DNA of 64,000 nucleotides from Sumerlaeia bacterium (GTDB lineage Bacteria; Sumerlaeota; Sumerlaeia; SLMS01; JAHLLQ01): NCBI GenBank assembly GCA_040219255.1, contig JAVJSW010000004.1, positions 113,054 to 177,053 of the forward strand, read 5' to 3'. Shown piece by piece: positions 56,167 to 64,000 of this stretch (position 1 is its first letter; each line of letters starts with the position of its first letter). The notes under the pieces were generated by a model. It saw only the letters and a program-made list of their open reading frames with translations, ran no database searches and was not told where the DNA came from. The position numbers and the translations under genes were made by a program.

Positions 56167-56880
56167 TCAGACGCAGGCTTCTTCCAATTGAAGCGCGCGC
56201 GGAAACAGGATGCTGTTTTCCTTGTGGATGTGCGTGTGCATGTCCTGCTCGAGCCCATCGAGCGCCGCGTAAAGCACCCGCCACGTGTTGCAGGCGTCCG
56301 CCGGCGGCGTGAAGTCGTTCGTCAGGGCGCGCATCTTCTCCAGCGCCGCGCCAGCGGCATCGTGCTCTTGCTCCATGCAGCGGATCGGATTCGCCACCGA
56401 CGGCGCCATGGGCCCGGCTGGGCCGCCGCCTCGCTCCATGCGCCGGATCCACGGAAAGAGAATCTCCTCCTCCTTCATCGTATGCTCTTCCAGCTCGCGC
56501 CGCAGGGCTGCAAAGACCTGATGCAGTTCGATCGTGTCCGGAGCGTGATCGCCGTGGACCTTCGCCACGCGGGCCGCCATCATCTCCAGGCGGGGCAATT
56601 CGCCGCGCAGATAATCGTGGTGGGTTGCGACGATATGGTCCGCCAATTCGGTCAACGGCACCTGCGTCCAGTCGGTTCCGGCGCCATCATCGCGCGCCGC
56701 ATCGCAGCTTTCCAGCTCCGCCAGGATCTCTTCCGCGCTCACCTTCCGGCGTTCGCAGGCGTCGCCCAGCGGCAGCTTCCCTCCACAGCAGTAGTCGATG
56801 CGGTGCTTCTCGAAAACCCGCGCGCGGGCGGGGTTCTGCGCGACCAGGCGGCCGACGGTTTCCAGCAGTTTGGAATTCAT
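56167..56880 (-). CDS. ytfE: iron-sulfur cluster repair di-iron protein (RIC/YtfE/ScdA family)
   Basis: The ScdA_N motif is RIDYCCGG. The hemerythrin-like His/Glu segments are HHDYLRGELP, EEHTMKEEEILFP and HIHKENSILFP. Confidence 0.85.
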   Translation of the reverse strand: MNSKLLETVGRLVAQNPARARVFEKHRIDYCCGGKLPLGDACERRKVSAEEILAELESCDAARDDGAGTDWTQVPLTELADHIVATHHDYLRGELPRLEMMAARVAKVHGDHAPDTIELHQVFAALRRELEEHTMKEEEILFPWIRRMERGGGPAGPMAPSVANPIRCMEQEHDAAGAALEKMRALTNDFTPPADACNTWRVLYAALDGLEQDMHTHIHKENSILFPRALQLEEACV

Positions 56881-57133
56881 GTGGTGTTCCTTGGGAATGA
56901 AGTCGAGGATTGGGATTTCCTGGGTTGAGCGCCGGGCGTCATCGGCTCCGGCCGCTTGTGAGCAAACAGTGCCGCCATACATATCTGGATGTCAAGGTCC
57001 ATTTATCCAGTTCTTCGCGCCGACCTCTCCTCGGCCCGGGAATTTTCGTAGGGCAGCGAAAAGTTTGGCTTGTCAAACTCTGCATTCCATCTTTATGGAT
57101 CTACTTATCTTGTTTTTGAAAGGTCCTCCTCCC

Positions 57134-57928
57134 ATGCAGTCCGTCCTCAACCAAATGGACACCGCGAACGCCCGGGCGCCGGGGCACTGGGTCCTGGCCC
57201 GACTGGGCAAGCGCGTCCTGCGCCCCGGAGGCCTGGAGGCCACCACCCGCCTCCTGACCGCGCTGGCGCCTTCTTCCAGCGATGACATCGTGGAATTCGC
57301 TCCGGGGCTTGGTTTGACGGCGCGCCGGCTGATCGCGGCCTCACCGGCCAGCTACACGGCTGTGGAACGGGACGAGGGCGCCGCCGCGCGGCTCGCATCC
57401 GCCCTCTCCACACCCAGCGTCCGCATCGTGAACGGCTGCGCCGAAGCGAGCGGCCTTCCCTCCGCGTCCTTCGACCTCGTCGTGGGCGAGGCCATGCTGA
57501 CGATGCAGCGCCTCGAAACGAAGCGCGCCATCGTGGGCGAAGCGGCCCGCCTGCTCCGCCCCGGCGGTCGCTACGGCATTCACGAGATCGCCCTGACGCC
57601 CGACTCGATCAACGATTCGGTGCGCCAGAGCGTTCGCGCCGCCATGAGCCACGCCGTCCACCACGGCGTAAACCCGCAGACCGTGGCCGAATGGCGCGAT
57701 CTCTTGACGCAAGCCGGTTTCACAAACCTGCGGGTCGAACTGGTTCCCTTCCGGCTTCTCGAACCCGCCCGCCTGATCGCCGACGAAGGCGTCGCCGGAG
57801 CCGCGCGTTTTGCCATGAACATGCTCCGCCACCCCGACGCCCGCCGCCGCGTACTGGCCATGCGGCGCACCTTCCGCCAGCAGATCGGTCACCTGACCGC
57901 CATTATCATCACCGCCCAGAAAGGCTAA
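57134..57928 (+). CDS. class I SAM-dependent methyltransferase
   Basis: The motif I-like segment is IVEFAPGLGLTA and the later segment is LLRPGGRYGIHE. ATG at 57134 lies inside the longer ORF. Confidence 0.7.
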   Translation: MQSVLNQMDTANARAPGHWVLARLGKRVLRPGGLEATTRLLTALAPSSSDDIVEFAPGLGLTARRLIAASPASYTAVERDEGAAARLASALSTPSVRIVNGCAEASGLPSASFDLVVGEAMLTMQRLETKRAIVGEAARLLRPGGRYGIHEIALTPDSINDSVRQSVRAAMSHAVHHGVNPQTVAEWRDLLTQAGFTNLRVELVPFRLLEPARLIADEGVAGAARFAMNMLRHPDARRRVLAMRRTFRQQIGHLTAIIITAQKG

Positions 57929-57934
57929 ATCCCC

Positions 57935-58270
57935 ATGTCAGAACAAACCGCAACTCTCTTCCACGTCGAGTCCACCCTGACCGAAGGCGCCCCCGCCCCC
58001 AGCAGCATCCTCTCGCAATCGCTCGTGCAGAACCCGGTCGTCAAAGCCGTCCGTTTCGTCTTCGCCAAGGGCCAGGAACTCAGCGAGCACACCGCCTCCG
58101 TGCCGGCGCTGCTGCACCAGGTCAGCGGCACGTCCCGCTGGGGCCTCGGCGAAGAAACCACGGAAGCCAAACCGGGCGATTGGGCCTATCTGCCGGCGAA
58201 CCTCAAGCATTCGCTCGTGGCGAGCGAGGATTGCGTGATCCTTCTTCTGCTTCTGAAACGGGGGGAGTGA
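57935..58270 (+). CDS. cupin-domain protein
   Basis: 111 aa with a cupin-like layout: FAKGQELSEHTA...PGDWAYLPANLKHSL. Confidence 0.6.
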   Translation: MSEQTATLFHVESTLTEGAPAPSSILSQSLVQNPVVKAVRFVFAKGQELSEHTASVPALLHQVSGTSRWGLGEETTEAKPGDWAYLPANLKHSLVASEDCVILLLLLKRGE

Positions 58271-58322
58271 GCAGGCGCCCCCGCGGATTCGGGCCTCGGC
58301 TCGTTCCGCGGACCGTCGCGCT

Positions 58323-59807
58323 CTATCCAGCCGGAGCCAGACTCGGCTCGGACGCCAACAGGCTCAGGAAATCGTCCACATCCAGCGCCGCGCCGCCCGA
58401 CGCGATCACGGCGCGGTACCAGTGGTAGGAGTCCTTCGGGATGCGCCGCTGCGTCGGGTAGTCCACATAGACGAGCCCGAAACGGCGCGAGTACCCATAG
58501 GCCCACTCGAAATTGTCCAGAATGGACCACTGGAAATAGCCCGCCACGGCGACGCCGTCGTTCGCCGCGCGGCGCAGTTCACGCAGATAATTGCGCAGGA
58601 AATCGATGCGTTGCGGATCGTGGACTTGGCCGTCGCCCATGATCACATCGGCGTTCGCCATACCGTTCTCCGTGACGACGATTGGCAGCCCATAGCGTTC
58701 ATACAGGAACTTCGGCCCCCAATAGAGGGCGGGGGGCGTGATGGGCCAGTTCATCGCCGTTTCCCCAGCGCCCAGCGGCACCTCGGACCGGGGGCGGTCT
58801 TCGATGCCGCCGTCCGCCCCGCGTCGCACGGTCCCACCTTGGTATATGTTCACGCCGTAAAAATCCAGCGGCTGGCAGATCGTTTCCATGTCCCCCTGCC
58901 CAATCTTCGGCATGGCCTTGCCATAGTGGGCCAGGCCGGCTTCCGGATACATGCCTTTCAGCATCGGGTCGGCGTACCAGGCGTTGTTCCAGAAGCTGTC
59001 CGTGCGCATGCCGACAGTGGCTTCGCGGGCGGCGGCGATGTCCTCCGGCGAATCCGTCTCCGGCATCGAAATGAACCCGACTGGCGCACAGCCGATCACC
59101 GGGGGGCGCTTGGCCCGCGCGCGCAGCACCTGCGTCGAAAGGCCGTGCGCCAGCAGCGCGTGATGGGTTGCCAACAGGAACTCCGACGTCGGCAATTGGA
59201 GCCCCGGCGCGTGCGTGCCATCGACATGACCGAGACCCAGAAAGCATTGGTATTCGTTGATCGTGATCCAGTGCGAAACGCGGTCCGACAGCCGATCGCA
59301 CACCACCGCCGTGAAATCGGCGAACCACCGAGGCGAGTCCGGGCTGAGCCAGCCGCCGCGCCGGAAAAGCGCCAACGGATAATCCCAATGGAACAGAGTC
59401 ACCCACGGCGCGATCCCATTGGCCAGCAGATCGTCCACCAGCCGGTCGTAGAAATCGAGACCCGGTTCGTTGATCGCGCCCTGGCCTTCGGGCATGACGC
59501 GGGGCCACGAAATCGAAAAGCGATACGCACCCGCCCCCAGCCCCGCCATCAAGGCCACATCCTCCGCCGAGCGGTTGTAATGGTCGCACGCCACCGAGCC
59601 GTCCGACAGATCGCGGATGGCCCGTTTGCGCGTGCAGAACGCATCCCAGACCGACGGCCCGCAGCCGTCCTTCGGGTTGGCGCCTTCGATCTGATAGCTG
59701 GCGGCGGCCACCCCCCAGACAAAATCCTTCGGGAATCTCGCGTTCACGTCGCAGCCCTGCCTTTCCGGTCGAATCTTGCCTAGTGCGGTCTGGCGCATAG
59801 CGCCCAT
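58323..59807 (-). CDS. GH1 beta-glucosidase
   Basis: Motifs are FPKDFVWGVAAASYQIEG, TLFHWDYP, ITINE (acid/base) and VTENGMAN (nucleophile). The start is uncertain: ATG 59807, or GTG 59747, which has a better SD. Confidence 0.9.
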   Translation of the reverse strand: MGAMRQTALGKIRPERQGCDVNARFPKDFVWGVAAASYQIEGANPKDGCGPSVWDAFCTRKRAIRDLSDGSVACDHYNRSAEDVALMAGLGAGAYRFSISWPRVMPEGQGAINEPGLDFYDRLVDDLLANGIAPWVTLFHWDYPLALFRRGGWLSPDSPRWFADFTAVVCDRLSDRVSHWITINEYQCFLGLGHVDGTHAPGLQLPTSEFLLATHHALLAHGLSTQVLRARAKRPPVIGCAPVGFISMPETDSPEDIAAAREATVGMRTDSFWNNAWYADPMLKGMYPEAGLAHYGKAMPKIGQGDMETICQPLDFYGVNIYQGGTVRRGADGGIEDRPRSEVPLGAGETAMNWPITPPALYWGPKFLYERYGLPIVVTENGMANADVIMGDGQVHDPQRIDFLRNYLRELRRAANDGVAVAGYFQWSILDNFEWAYGYSRRFGLVYVDYPTQRRIPKDSYHWYRAVIASGGAALDVDDFLSLLASEPSLAPAG

Positions 59808-59813
59808 GGCAAT

Positions 59814-59827
59814 ACGTTTACGATAAC
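59814..59827. promoter_or_regulatory. operator-like site ACGTTTACGATAAC
   Basis: The 14-mer is identical to 22194-22207. It lies immediately upstream of the GH1 gene and overlaps the candidate -10. Confidence 0.5.
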
Positions 59828-59847
59828 GTGACGAGCGTCTAAGTCAA
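59820..59847 (-). promoter_or_regulatory. sigma70-like promoter candidate for the GH1 gene
   Basis: The minus strand reads TTGACT, a 16-bp spacer, then TATCGT. The -10 lies inside the operator-like site. Confidence 0.3.
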
Positions 59848-60142
59848 GAGGCGAGGAGCCGGCCCGGAGGAAACCCCGCGGGGAACCGGCTCAAGCATCG
59901 GAGCACGAAGAACGAGTCCGCTTCGACGATGCGAGGCGGAACGCCACGCCCCGCGTTTCTCGTTGGCGGCGAAACGCGCAAAGCCTTGAGGGATCGATAA
60001 CCTAGCCACCCGGTTCGAATGGCCCCGCACCGCCCCATGACGTCCCCGGGCGCGAAAGAACGGACACCGGGCTATTCGCCATTGCGCGCGGGGGAAGCGG
60101 TAGGTTAGCCCGTCAGCATCGTCTCGGCTGAGGGAGGATAGC

Positions 60143-62695
60143 TTGGCTAAGAAGAAGGGCAAAGGCGGAAAAGCGCAGCAATCGCTCGATCCCGAGCGGG
60201 AGGCGGGGGAGATTCGAGGACTCCTCGAACGGGGGAAGTGGAAGTTCGCGCTCGAGCGGGCGAAAGCGCTGCACAAGCGGGTCGATTCCGCCGAATCGGC
60301 GGGATTGTTGGAGAAGGCCTATGTGGGACGCGTCGCCGGTCTGCGGGAAAGTGCCTTGCTGCAAGAGGCGTCGGCGCTGATCGAAGTGGCGGTCCAGAAG
60401 TTTCCCCATCTTCGCCAGGAACTCGAAGGCGAACGCCTCGTGCTCGCCGTGCGCTCCGGTTCGGTGAGAGAACTGCTCACCGAAATCGCGCGCGTCCCCG
60501 AGCCCAGGGAGCGCGCCAGACTCGAAGACCTCCTGCGCCGCGAAGTCACAGACCCTCGGGAGATCGCCGATTGCGACACTCTGCCGTCCGATCACCCGCT
60601 GCGCCGCGCCGCCGCCGCGGTGGCCGATGCCTTCGAGGCGGTCATTTCACGTCCTGTCAGCGAAGAGGAAGTCCGCCTGACGGAGGTCTCCCGGCGAAGC
60701 CCCTTCGCGCCGTGGAAACCTCTGATTCACGCCATCGCCGCGATGTACGCCGGAGAGACCGAGCGCTGCCGCGAACTGTTGGCGACCATCGGCGAGGAGA
60801 GCGCCCCAGCGCGCCTCGTGCCCGCCATAGAAACGATGTTGGACCCTTCCGCGACCCTCCCCAATGGCCCCTCGCTCCGGCTCGCCCGCAGGGTCACCGC
60901 GTCGGAAACCGACCTGCGTGCCGCACTGCGGCGGGTGCTGCGCGGCGTCGAGACACCCGACTACCGACTCATCCTCGAGGGCACGCAACTGGCGCTCGAC
61001 TGCTGCCAGCGAACCCGGCCGGACCTGACGAGCAAGCTGCGCAGCCGGCTCTGGCATTACATGACGGCCCATGGCGCGCCATTTGATGCCCTGACTCTGC
61101 TCTTTTCCCCGCCGCCCCGAAAGGACGCGGAGTTCTGGCTCTGGGAGGTTGCCGCCCATTGCCAGCAGGAAGGCGATCCATGGACCCACGTCTTCTACCT
61201 CGAACAATACCGCCGCCATGCCCTCGCGGAAAAACTTCTGAAGCCCGGGACCCCCGAGGAGGCGGCGCTCTATCTCCACATGGCGAGACAGCTCGCCCCC
61301 ATCGATCCATACAGAAATGAGGAAGAAGCGCGGGAGTGCGCCAAAGAGGACGCCGACCTGCTGGAGACCCTCTACGACCATCAGACGCCGGAGATACGCG
61401 CCGCCGGAGAAGTCTCGCGGGGGCCAGGAAGCGTGATGCTGGACCCGGACCACACGTTCCGGCGCGCCGCCCAATGCGATCCCCAACCATTCATCTTCCG
61501 GGAGTGGATGGACTGGTCCGGCGGGTTTCAGGCAAAAGAGGGCGAAAAACGCAAAGAAGAGGTGGCCGAGCTTTGGGCCAGTCTCCGCCCCGGAGACGCC
61601 GAGCCCTGCCTCATCTTATCGGAGATGGCGGAGGACCGCGGGTCCTTGACCAAAGCCATGAAGTATCTCGATGAAGGCGAGGAGCGCAATCGCCTCGACC
61701 CGGCGCTACGCCGCGCCCGGCTCACGCTGTGGTTGAAGGCGGCGCTCAAGCACGCCAAGGGGAATAAGCCCCACCTGGCGCTCAAAGATCTGGCGAACGC
61801 GCAGGAACTCGAGGCCGCCACGGAAGGAGCCAGACCCTTGCTCATCGAGGCCCTCCGCGCGGCCATCGCCGAGAGCGGCGGTTTCGAGGAGATGGCGAAA
61901 ACGGCCCGGGAGAACATCGCCCGCTTCGGCGGTGACGATTTGTTTGCGACGACTTTGCTCCATCTCGCATCGGCCAACACCAGCAAAACCAAACACAAGT
62001 CCTTCACGAAGACTCCACCGGCGCTGCCCTTCGCCCTCGCGATGGCGCGAATCATGACATTGGTGCGGGACTGTCGGCTGCCCTTGCAAGTCCCGCCGAA
62101 ATGGCGCTCCTGGCTTCGCTCCGGCGCAAAAAACAAGGCCTTCCGCCAGGCGCCCCCCCAGGCCGCCTTGGCGCTCGCCGAATGGGCCTGCTTTCACCAG
62201 GATGACTACGAACTCGCTTTCGCCGCGGCCGGAGCGGCTTTCCACGGCCCCGCCCTCCACCACCCGCGCGCTTTCTTCCTGCGCGCCGCCGCCCTCTACC
62301 GGAGCAATTTGACTTCAGAATGGCGGCGCCCGCTCCAATGCGCAGGGACGCTCAGCAAGAACGATCCGGAGCTGCGCCAGGAAATCTCAGCCTGGGAACG
62401 CCACATCCCCATGATCTTCCACCCCAGGTCCGTGCTGACGATGGAGGACCTTTCCCCCGCCGAAATCGAAAGGCAACTTGAAATGGAAAAGCGGCGGGCG
62501 GCTCTGCCAAAGTTGGAATTGCCCTTCCCCGTCTTCTCACCCACCGTCCCCAATCGCAAGAAAAAGCGGGAAAAGACGGCTCCGTCGCCAGCACACTCGG
62601 GCGCGAACCCAGAGCCGAACCAGGATGAGTTGCTCGATCTCTTCGGAGAATTGTTCGACGAATTCGAAGTCCGGGAGCAGAAGGACAGACCATGA
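60143..62695 (+). CDS. 850-aa cytoplasmic all-alpha (TPR/HEAT-like) protein, unknown function
   Basis: TTG at 60143 is preceded by a strong SD (GAGGGAGGA). There is no signal peptide. The N- and C-termini are basic, and the C-terminal tail is acidic. Its stop overlaps the next ATG (ATGA). Confidence 0.6.
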   Translation: MAKKKGKGGKAQQSLDPEREAGEIRGLLERGKWKFALERAKALHKRVDSAESAGLLEKAYVGRVAGLRESALLQEASALIEVAVQKFPHLRQELEGERLVLAVRSGSVRELLTEIARVPEPRERARLEDLLRREVTDPREIADCDTLPSDHPLRRAAAAVADAFEAVISRPVSEEEVRLTEVSRRSPFAPWKPLIHAIAAMYAGETERCRELLATIGEESAPARLVPAIETMLDPSATLPNGPSLRLARRVTASETDLRAALRRVLRGVETPDYRLILEGTQLALDCCQRTRPDLTSKLRSRLWHYMTAHGAPFDALTLLFSPPPRKDAEFWLWEVAAHCQQEGDPWTHVFYLEQYRRHALAEKLLKPGTPEEAALYLHMARQLAPIDPYRNEEEARECAKEDADLLETLYDHQTPEIRAAGEVSRGPGSVMLDPDHTFRRAAQCDPQPFIFREWMDWSGGFQAKEGEKRKEEVAELWASLRPGDAEPCLILSEMAEDRGSLTKAMKYLDEGEERNRLDPALRRARLTLWLKAALKHAKGNKPHLALKDLANAQELEAATEGARPLLIEALRAAIAESGGFEEMAKTARENIARFGGDDLFATTLLHLASANTSKTKHKSFTKTPPALPFALAMARIMTLVRDCRLPLQVPPKWRSWLRSGAKNKAFRQAPPQAALALAEWACFHQDDYELAFAAAGAAFHGPALHHPRAFFLRAAALYRSNLTSEWRRPLQCAGTLSKNDPELRQEISAWERHIPMIFHPRSVLTMEDLSPAEIERQLEMEKRRAALPKLELPFPVFSPTVPNRKKKREKTAPSPAHSGANPEPNQDELLDLFGELFDEFEVREQKDRP

Positions 62696-63012
62696 ACGGA
62701 CAACGGCCCCACTGGCTCGACGATCCCAAAGCGCCCCTCCACACCATCCTCGGCGTCTCCGAATCCCCCACGCACGAAGAACTCCGCGCGGCCTACCTCC
62801 GCCGGCTCACCGAGTTCCCCCCCGACCGCCAGCCCGAGGCTTTTCAGCGCGTCCGCGAAGCCTACGAACTGATGAAGGACCCCTACGCGCGCTTCGAGGC
62901 CCTGCTCCGCTCCGCGGACCCCACCCGCTCACCGATGGAACTCTTGTCGGGCCACAAGAAGCTGCACTTCGTCGACAAGCAACTCTGGCTGGAGGCGTTG
63001 AAACCGAAGTGA
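62692..63012 (+). CDS. small J-domain protein with degenerate HPD motif (PPD)
   Basis: PLHTILGVSESPTHEELRAAYLRRLTEFPPDRQPEAFQRVREAYELMKDP aligns by eye with DnaJ helices I-III, but His of HPD is replaced by Pro. Confidence 0.7.
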   Translation: MNGQRPHWLDDPKAPLHTILGVSESPTHEELRAAYLRRLTEFPPDRQPEAFQRVREAYELMKDPYARFEALLRSADPTRSPMELLSGHKKLHFVDKQLWLEALKPK

Positions 63013-63797
63013 ACGAGAACACCCCACCCGATTTGCAGGAGCGCCTTGCCCTCTGGCTTCGAGAAACGCTCGATGACGAGCCCCCGCCCTCCGGCGTGGC
63101 GCTTGAACTGCTGACGGCTCTCGATACGCCGGAGGAAGAAATCGAAGACCCGGCGAGTCTTGCCTCGCTCTGGTCCGCGATGACCGCCCTGGCCCAGGAA
63201 ACCCGGTTACAGGGCCGCGCTTTCAGCACGGTGCGCGACGAACTCGCCGCCGCCGCCGAACGCACCGCCGGCCTGCTCGAGCGCCACGAGGAAGCGCTCT
63301 CCATCGCTCAGGAAAGCGGTGCTCGCACCGCCAGCATGCAAGCCTCCGCCGAGCGCGCCGCCGCCGACGCGGTCCGGCGCGAGGTCGCCGAACTGCTCGC
63401 GGACTTGCACGACCGCCTGCTGCTCGGCGCCAAAGCCGTGCAGGAAGTTCGCCTGGAGTTCGAAAACCGCGACGCCGCCTCGCCTCCACCCCGGGGACTC
63501 CTCGCACGCCTCTTCGGTCAGCCGCCACAGCCCCCCGATCCACCGTCCCTCGCCCCCATCGGCAAGGGCTACGAACTTGGTCTCGACCGCCTCGGCGAAG
63601 TGCTCGCCAAGTGGGATATTCGCCCCGTCGGGACCCCTGGAACCCCCTTCGACCCCCGCACCATGAACGCCCTCGATGTCGCCGACGACCCGGAGGCCGA
63701 GGACGGCGCGGTGCTGGAAGTCCTGCGCCCGGGATACACCTGGAAGGGTGAACCTTTCCGCACGGCGCAGGTCCGCGTTTGCAGGAAGAAGCGCTGA
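63009..63797 (+). CDS. GrpE-like nucleotide-exchange factor
   Basis: GTG at 63009 overlaps the upstream stop (GTGA). It has a long helical N-terminal part and a C-terminal beta domain, FDPRTMNALDV...VLEVLRPGYTWKGEPFRTAQVRV, typical of GrpE. Confidence 0.7.
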   Translation: MNENTPPDLQERLALWLRETLDDEPPPSGVALELLTALDTPEEEIEDPASLASLWSAMTALAQETRLQGRAFSTVRDELAAAAERTAGLLERHEEALSIAQESGARTASMQASAERAAADAVRREVAELLADLHDRLLLGAKAVQEVRLEFENRDAASPPPRGLLARLFGQPPQPPDPPSLAPIGKGYELGLDRLGEVLAKWDIRPVGTPGTPFDPRTMNALDVADDPEAEDGAVLEVLRPGYTWKGEPFRTAQVRVCRKKR

Positions 63798-63825
63798 ACA
63801 CCCCATCCTCCGGAGCCCCACCCGC

Positions 63826-64000
63826 ATGACCACTCCCGAAATCGTCGTCGGTATCGATCTCGGTACCACCAACTCCTCCGTTGCCGCGCTCATGAACGGC
63901 AATGTGACGGTGCTTGGTTCCAAGGACACGGCACTGCTTCCGTCCGTCGTGGGCCTGACGCCCGGGGGCGAACTCCTCATCGGCGAGGCCGCCCGGAACC
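63826..64000 (+). CDS. Hsp70/DnaK-family chaperone, N-terminal 58 codons (3' end outside window)
   Basis: MTTPEIVVGIDLGTTNSSVAALMNG...LLPSVVGL...LIGEAARN is the Hsp70 phosphate-1 motif. It is not in the ORF track because there is no stop inside the window. Confidence 0.85.
   Translation, partial: MTTPEIVVGIDLGTTNSSVAALMNGNVTVLGSKDTALLPSVVGLTPGGELLIGEAARN

Noticed and set aside
55537-57133. NsrR/Rrf2-type operator boxes in the two AT-rich gaps (55537-55620 and 56881-57133).
   Set aside because: I found only short imperfect inverted repeats (for example CTGGAT-N14-ATCCAG at about 56,990-57,015). No shared convincing palindrome exists between the two regions, which is too weak to report as a feature.
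59839-60276. 145-aa minus-strand ORF in the GH1 / helical-protein intergenic region.
   Set aside because: It is Arg/Ser/Pro-rich with no SD, and it overlaps the SD and TTG start of the 60143 gene. The region contains operator and promoter-like elements instead.
1-64000. CRISPR arrays, rRNA or tRNA genes and long dispersed repeats.
   Set aside because: Reading both strands revealed no regularly spaced direct repeats, no tRNA cloverleaf signatures and no rRNA-like segments. The only exact repeats noted are the 2 x 13-bp tandem at 30332-30357 and the shared 14-mer operator.

Overview
High-GC bacterial chromosomal window. Hand-counted 60-nt lines give about 65% G+C. I call about 50 protein-coding genes and see no rRNA, tRNA, CRISPR array, transposase or integrase. 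1-10.4 kb is housekeeping or miscellaneous: transketolase, a hicBA toxin-antitoxin pair, an MlaF/MlaD-like pair coupled to a polytopic membrane protein, FMN reductase and smpB. 10.7-30.2 kb, plus an outlying GH1 gene at 58.3-59.8 kb, looks like one beta-1,3-glucan (laminarin-type) utilisation regulon. It contains a LacI-family repressor, two GH16+CBM6 enzymes, a GH94-like glycoside phosphorylase, a frameshifted clan GH-A hydrolase, a CUT1-type sugar ABC importer, CBM-like secreted proteins and two PulG-like pseudopilin genes that each head an operon. These units are tied together by a recurring AT-rich GTTATCGATAAC-like operator motif. 30.5-48.7 kb is the most unusual part. It is a five-gene operon in which all products carry signal peptides: a 1582-aa P-domain protein, a 1008-aa all-helical protein, a tail-fibre/Kelch-like protein, a roughly 2540-aa SpvB/FG-GAP/RHS (TcB-TcC-type) fusion and a small dockerin-loop protein. 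No TcA, PAAR/VgrG or dedicated transporter is visible. Three consecutive genes in this operon carry sharply delimited low-GC, foreign-codon patches, including the RHS toxin tip. 48.8-56.9 kb is a nitrate and nitrosative-stress cluster with an atypical Mo/FeS/Rieske/NarI-like subunit set. 60.1-64 kb is a specialised Hsp70 operon: a large helical protein, a J-domain with HPD changed to PPD, a GrpE-like protein and Hsp70. All functional calls rest on motifs read by eye; no database search was possible.
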